Part shown: piece after piece, positions 15,699 to 18,036 of the stretch
Layout: each line of letters starts with the position of its first letter
How positions within the stretch are numbered: the stretch's first letter is position 1
NCBI GenBank assembly: GCA_037133055.1
Contig: JBAXOY010000061.1
Location: 1 to 18,036, forward strand
Length of the DNA: 18,036 nt
Direction: 5' to 3'
DNA from: Chlamydiota bacterium
GTDB lineage: Bacteria > Auribacterota > Tritonobacteria > UBA1439
Made by a program: the position numbers and the translations under genes
Notes under the pieces: model-generated
Seen by the model: only the letters and a program-made list of their open reading frames with translations
Told to the model about the DNA's origin: nothing
Databases searched by the model: none

Positions 15699-17324
15699 AT
15701 GAAGAAAACCACAACGGTGTCCCTGCTCTGGGCGATCCCTGCCCTGGCCGTCCTCTCGTTCGCCGGACAGCGGCACGGCCTGTGGGGGAGCGACGAGCCT
15801 CGGGAGGCCGAGATCGCCCGCGAGATGTACGCGTCGCGCGACTGGGTCATTCCCCGCCTGAACGGGAAGCCGTTCCTCGAGAAGCCGCCCCTCGCGCACC
15901 TTGGCGCAGCGCTCGTATTCCAGGCCGCGGCCGGCCCCACAGAGACGTGGTGTCGGCTTTCCTCCGCGGTGTGGGGGCTCGCGGGCCTTCTCACGACCGC
16001 GTGGCTGGGGACGATGCTCCTCGGGCCCGGGGCGGGGCTCCTCGCCGCGTTCATCCTCGCCACGAGCGTCGAGTGGCTGTACGTCACGCGCCTGCTCCTC
16101 GTCGACGTGCCCCTCGCCGCGTGCGTCATATCCTCGTTCGCCTTCTTCTGGGCTGGGTATACGCGCTCCGGCGCGCGGAAAATGCTCGGCTATCTGGGCT
16201 GCGCGCTCGCCGCGGGGGGGGCGTTCATGGCCAAGGGTACGGTGGGAATCGCGATCCCCCTGTCCGCCATCGCGGTCTTTCTCCTCCTCAGGCGCGAATA
16301 CGGCGAGCTCGTGCGGATCGCGTATTCGTTCGCGGCGGGGCTCGCCGCAGCGGCGCTCCCGTGGGTGGTCATGATCGCCGTGCGGGGCGGGCGCGGCGCG
16401 CTCAGGGTTTTTCTCTGGGACAACCAGGTGCTCAGGTTTTTCTCTCCCGGCGCCGATCACGCGGGCCCGCCGTGGTTTTACCTCGCGGCGATCTTCGAGG
16501 TGCTGCTCCCGTGGGCGCTGCTCCTGCCCCCCGCCCTGATCGGTCTGGCGCGCGCCCGGAACGAGACGGAGAAGGAGAAGAGGGGAAGGCAGTTCCTCAT
16601 CGCGATAGGCGCCGTGCCGTTTGCGCTCCTCTCCATTGCGAGCGGCAAGCGCCAGCTCTATCTCCTTCCGCTCATGCCCGGCCTCGCGATCGCGATCGCG
16701 CGATGGGCTGCGGGGGAATGGCCCGGCCCGCGCGCCCGGTGGGAATATATCTGGATCCGCGCCGGCGTTGTCCTCTTCGCGGTGACGGCGGGCGGGGCAT
16801 GGTGCGCGGCGCTCGGCGTCGCGGCGGCCGGGCGGTCCGCCATCGGCCCCGGAATCGCGGGCGCGGCGGCGGCGCTGGGGTCTGCGGCGATCGCCCGGCG
16901 GGCTTTTTCCCGGGAGGGCGCGCCCGGATGGTCCATGGTCGCGCTCGCGGCCATCGCATGGTCGGCGGCCCTCTCTCCCTTCGTGTGGGATAGGATCGAG
17001 GCGTCGAAGGGATACGCGCCGCTCACCGCCATGCTCGATGCGAACCTCCGCCCGGGGGACACGCTCTACGGCTACATGCCCGGCGAGCGCGAGCAGGGTG
17101 TCGTGGGATTCCACCGGCAGGAGCTGCTCCCGGTCATCGATACGCCGGAGGCTCTCGACACGGCGCTCCGCGTGTCGGGGAGGACCGTAGTCCTCATGCG
17201 GGAAAAAGTGTACGAGGAACTGCGGGAGCAGGGCGCGCTGCCTTCTTCAGCCGCGGTGGCCGCGCGGTGCGCGCTGCCGCATCGGAATCAGATCCTTCTG
17301 CGGGGAACGCACGCCGGAGAGTAG
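15699..17324 (+). CDS. ArnT-family (GT83) membrane glycosyltransferase
   Basis: LWGSDEPREAEIAREM, DWVIPRLNGKPFLEKPPL, R....D, FMAKG, H.GPPWFYL, LLPW, SGKRQLYLLPLMP; many TM helices. Confidence 0.9.
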   Translation: MKKTTTVSLLWAIPALAVLSFAGQRHGLWGSDEPREAEIAREMYASRDWVIPRLNGKPFLEKPPLAHLGAALVFQAAAGPTETWCRLSSAVWGLAGLLTTAWLGTMLLGPGAGLLAAFILATSVEWLYVTRLLLVDVPLAACVISSFAFFWAGYTRSGARKMLGYLGCALAAGGAFMAKGTVGIAIPLSAIAVFLLLRREYGELVRIAYSFAAGLAAAALPWVVMIAVRGGRGALRVFLWDNQVLRFFSPGADHAGPPWFYLAAIFEVLLPWALLLPPALIGLARARNETEKEKRGRQFLIAIGAVPFALLSIASGKRQLYLLPLMPGLAIAIARWAAGEWPGPRARWEYIWIRAGVVLFAVTAGGAWCAALGVAAAGRSAIGPGIAGAAAALGSAAIARRAFSREGAPGWSMVALAAIAWSAALSPFVWDRIEASKGYAPLTAMLDANLRPGDTLYGYMPGEREQGVVGFHRQELLPVIDTPEALDTALRVSGRTVVLMREKVYEELREQGALPSSAAVAARCALPHRNQILLRGTHAGE

Positions 17325-17380
17325 GCGATCGAGCTGGCAGGCTATCGAGCTATCGAGCTATCAAGCTATCGAGCGATCGA
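17325..17380 (+). repeat. Degenerate tandem repeat (GCTATCGA)x7
   Basis: GCGATCGA GCTGGCAG GCTATCGA GCTATCGA GCTATCAA GCTATCGA GCGATCGA, starting at the first base after the ArnT-like stop. Confidence 0.9.
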
Positions 17381-17396
17381 GAGGGCAGGGGAGGAT

Positions 17397-17453
17397 TTGT
17401 CCCGCCATCCGGCGGGGCATCAAGCCATTATGACGGGCTGGGATTTGGGATTT
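17397..17453 (+). repeat. Dispersed 57-bp palindromic (REP-like) element, copy B
   Basis: TTGTCCCGCC-ATCC-GGCGGGGCAT CAAGCCATTATGACGGGCTGGGATTTGGGATTT; 8 mismatches versus copy A. Confidence 0.85.
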
Positions 17454-17482
17454 CCGAGAGGTGGCGCGAGAGCGGGGAGGGA

Positions 17483-17671
17483 TTATTTCCCGTTTCCGTT
17501 TCTTTTCCTGGCCGCGCCGTTTTTATATTGGGAATGATCCCCGGAAGAGGTCTCCTGCATGCGCCGGAGAGTCCCGCGAACGGCAAGGTACTTGAAGAGG
17601 AGATAAAGCTGGGTGCAGGCAATGGCGGCGATGAGCACCAGTAGGCCTATCTGCGTCAAAAGCTGAAACAT
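17483..17671 (-). CDS. Small single-pass membrane hypothetical protein (62 aa)
   Basis: GGAGGG SD before ATG 17671; hydrophobic IGLLVLIAAIACTQLYLLF followed by a basic/polar tail; upstream promoter candidates. Confidence 0.6.
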   Translation of the reverse strand: MFQLLTQIGLLVLIAAIACTQLYLLFKYLAVRGTLRRMQETSSGDHSQYKNGAARKRNGNGK

Positions 17672-17781
17672 CCCACCCTCCATTTCCCCGCACACGAACA
17701 CTCAACTGCTGCATACTACAGCCGTTCGGCAACATCCCGGAATCAGCACCTTTGCCGCTATTCTCCACGTGCTACAAACCC

Positions 17782-17841
17782 AACATACACCCGTGTCGCG
17801 ATAAAGTCAAGTAAATATACGGAATTAGTAATTATTGTCAA
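17782..17841 (-). promoter_or_regulatory. Two tandem sigma70 promoter candidates in an AT-rich region
   Basis: TTGACT (17810-17805)-17-TATGTT (17787-17782) and TTGACA (17841-17836)-16-TATATT (17819-17814). Confidence 0.5.
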
Positions 17842-18036
17842 TTATATTTTCCTTAAAATTAAGCCACGAATACGTTGAAACTTCTTCTGGGACTGGTAGA
17901 AAGGTCATTTCGGCCGCTGTTCCATGCACCCGGTGTGATATGTTCATGTTGATCTATTTTTGTGCCATTTTGCAACTGTGAAGCAATGTGAAGCAATGCG
18001 GCTTCTTGCGCTCGCGGCCGATTCAGGATACACTAG

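Noticed and set aside
17325..17453. CRISPR array, suggested by the clustered repeats here and at 14523
   Set aside because: There is no repeat-spacer periodicity, the units are 8 bp or isolated 57-bp copies, and no cas genes are present.
17760..18036. Replication origin in the AT-rich region
   Set aside because: No cluster of TTATCCACA-like DnaA boxes and no dnaA or rep gene is visible.

Overview
An 18 kb, GC-rich, gene-dense bacterial chromosomal segment with no rRNA, tRNA, CRISPR array or intact mobile element. In order it encodes: a response regulator with two tandem HTH-like output modules (-); polyprenyl synthase ispA (+); two paralogous GT-C (PMT/ArnT-like) membrane glycosyltransferases (+) separated by a cupin and a CxxCxxCC protein (-); a 29-codon remnant of an MBL/beta-CASP gene; homodimeric glycyl-tRNA synthetase glyQS; a CX5R phosphatase; and two paralogous exported proteins (-). 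Next comes a divergent nucleobase/ureide-catabolism-like locus: a beta-ureidopropionase-like nitrilase and a small exported protein (-) opposite a DUF2877 (YlbF/AllH-like), metal-dependent cyclase and atypical nucleoside phosphorylase operon (+), with a perfect palindrome over the -35 box between them. The window ends with a GNAT-like protein (-), an ArnT-like transferase (+) and a small membrane protein (-). Intergenic DNA holds a dispersed ~57 bp palindromic element (two full copies, one partial), several 7-16 bp tandem repeats and several apparently leaderless promoters. All family calls come from motifs recognised by eye; no database search was run.
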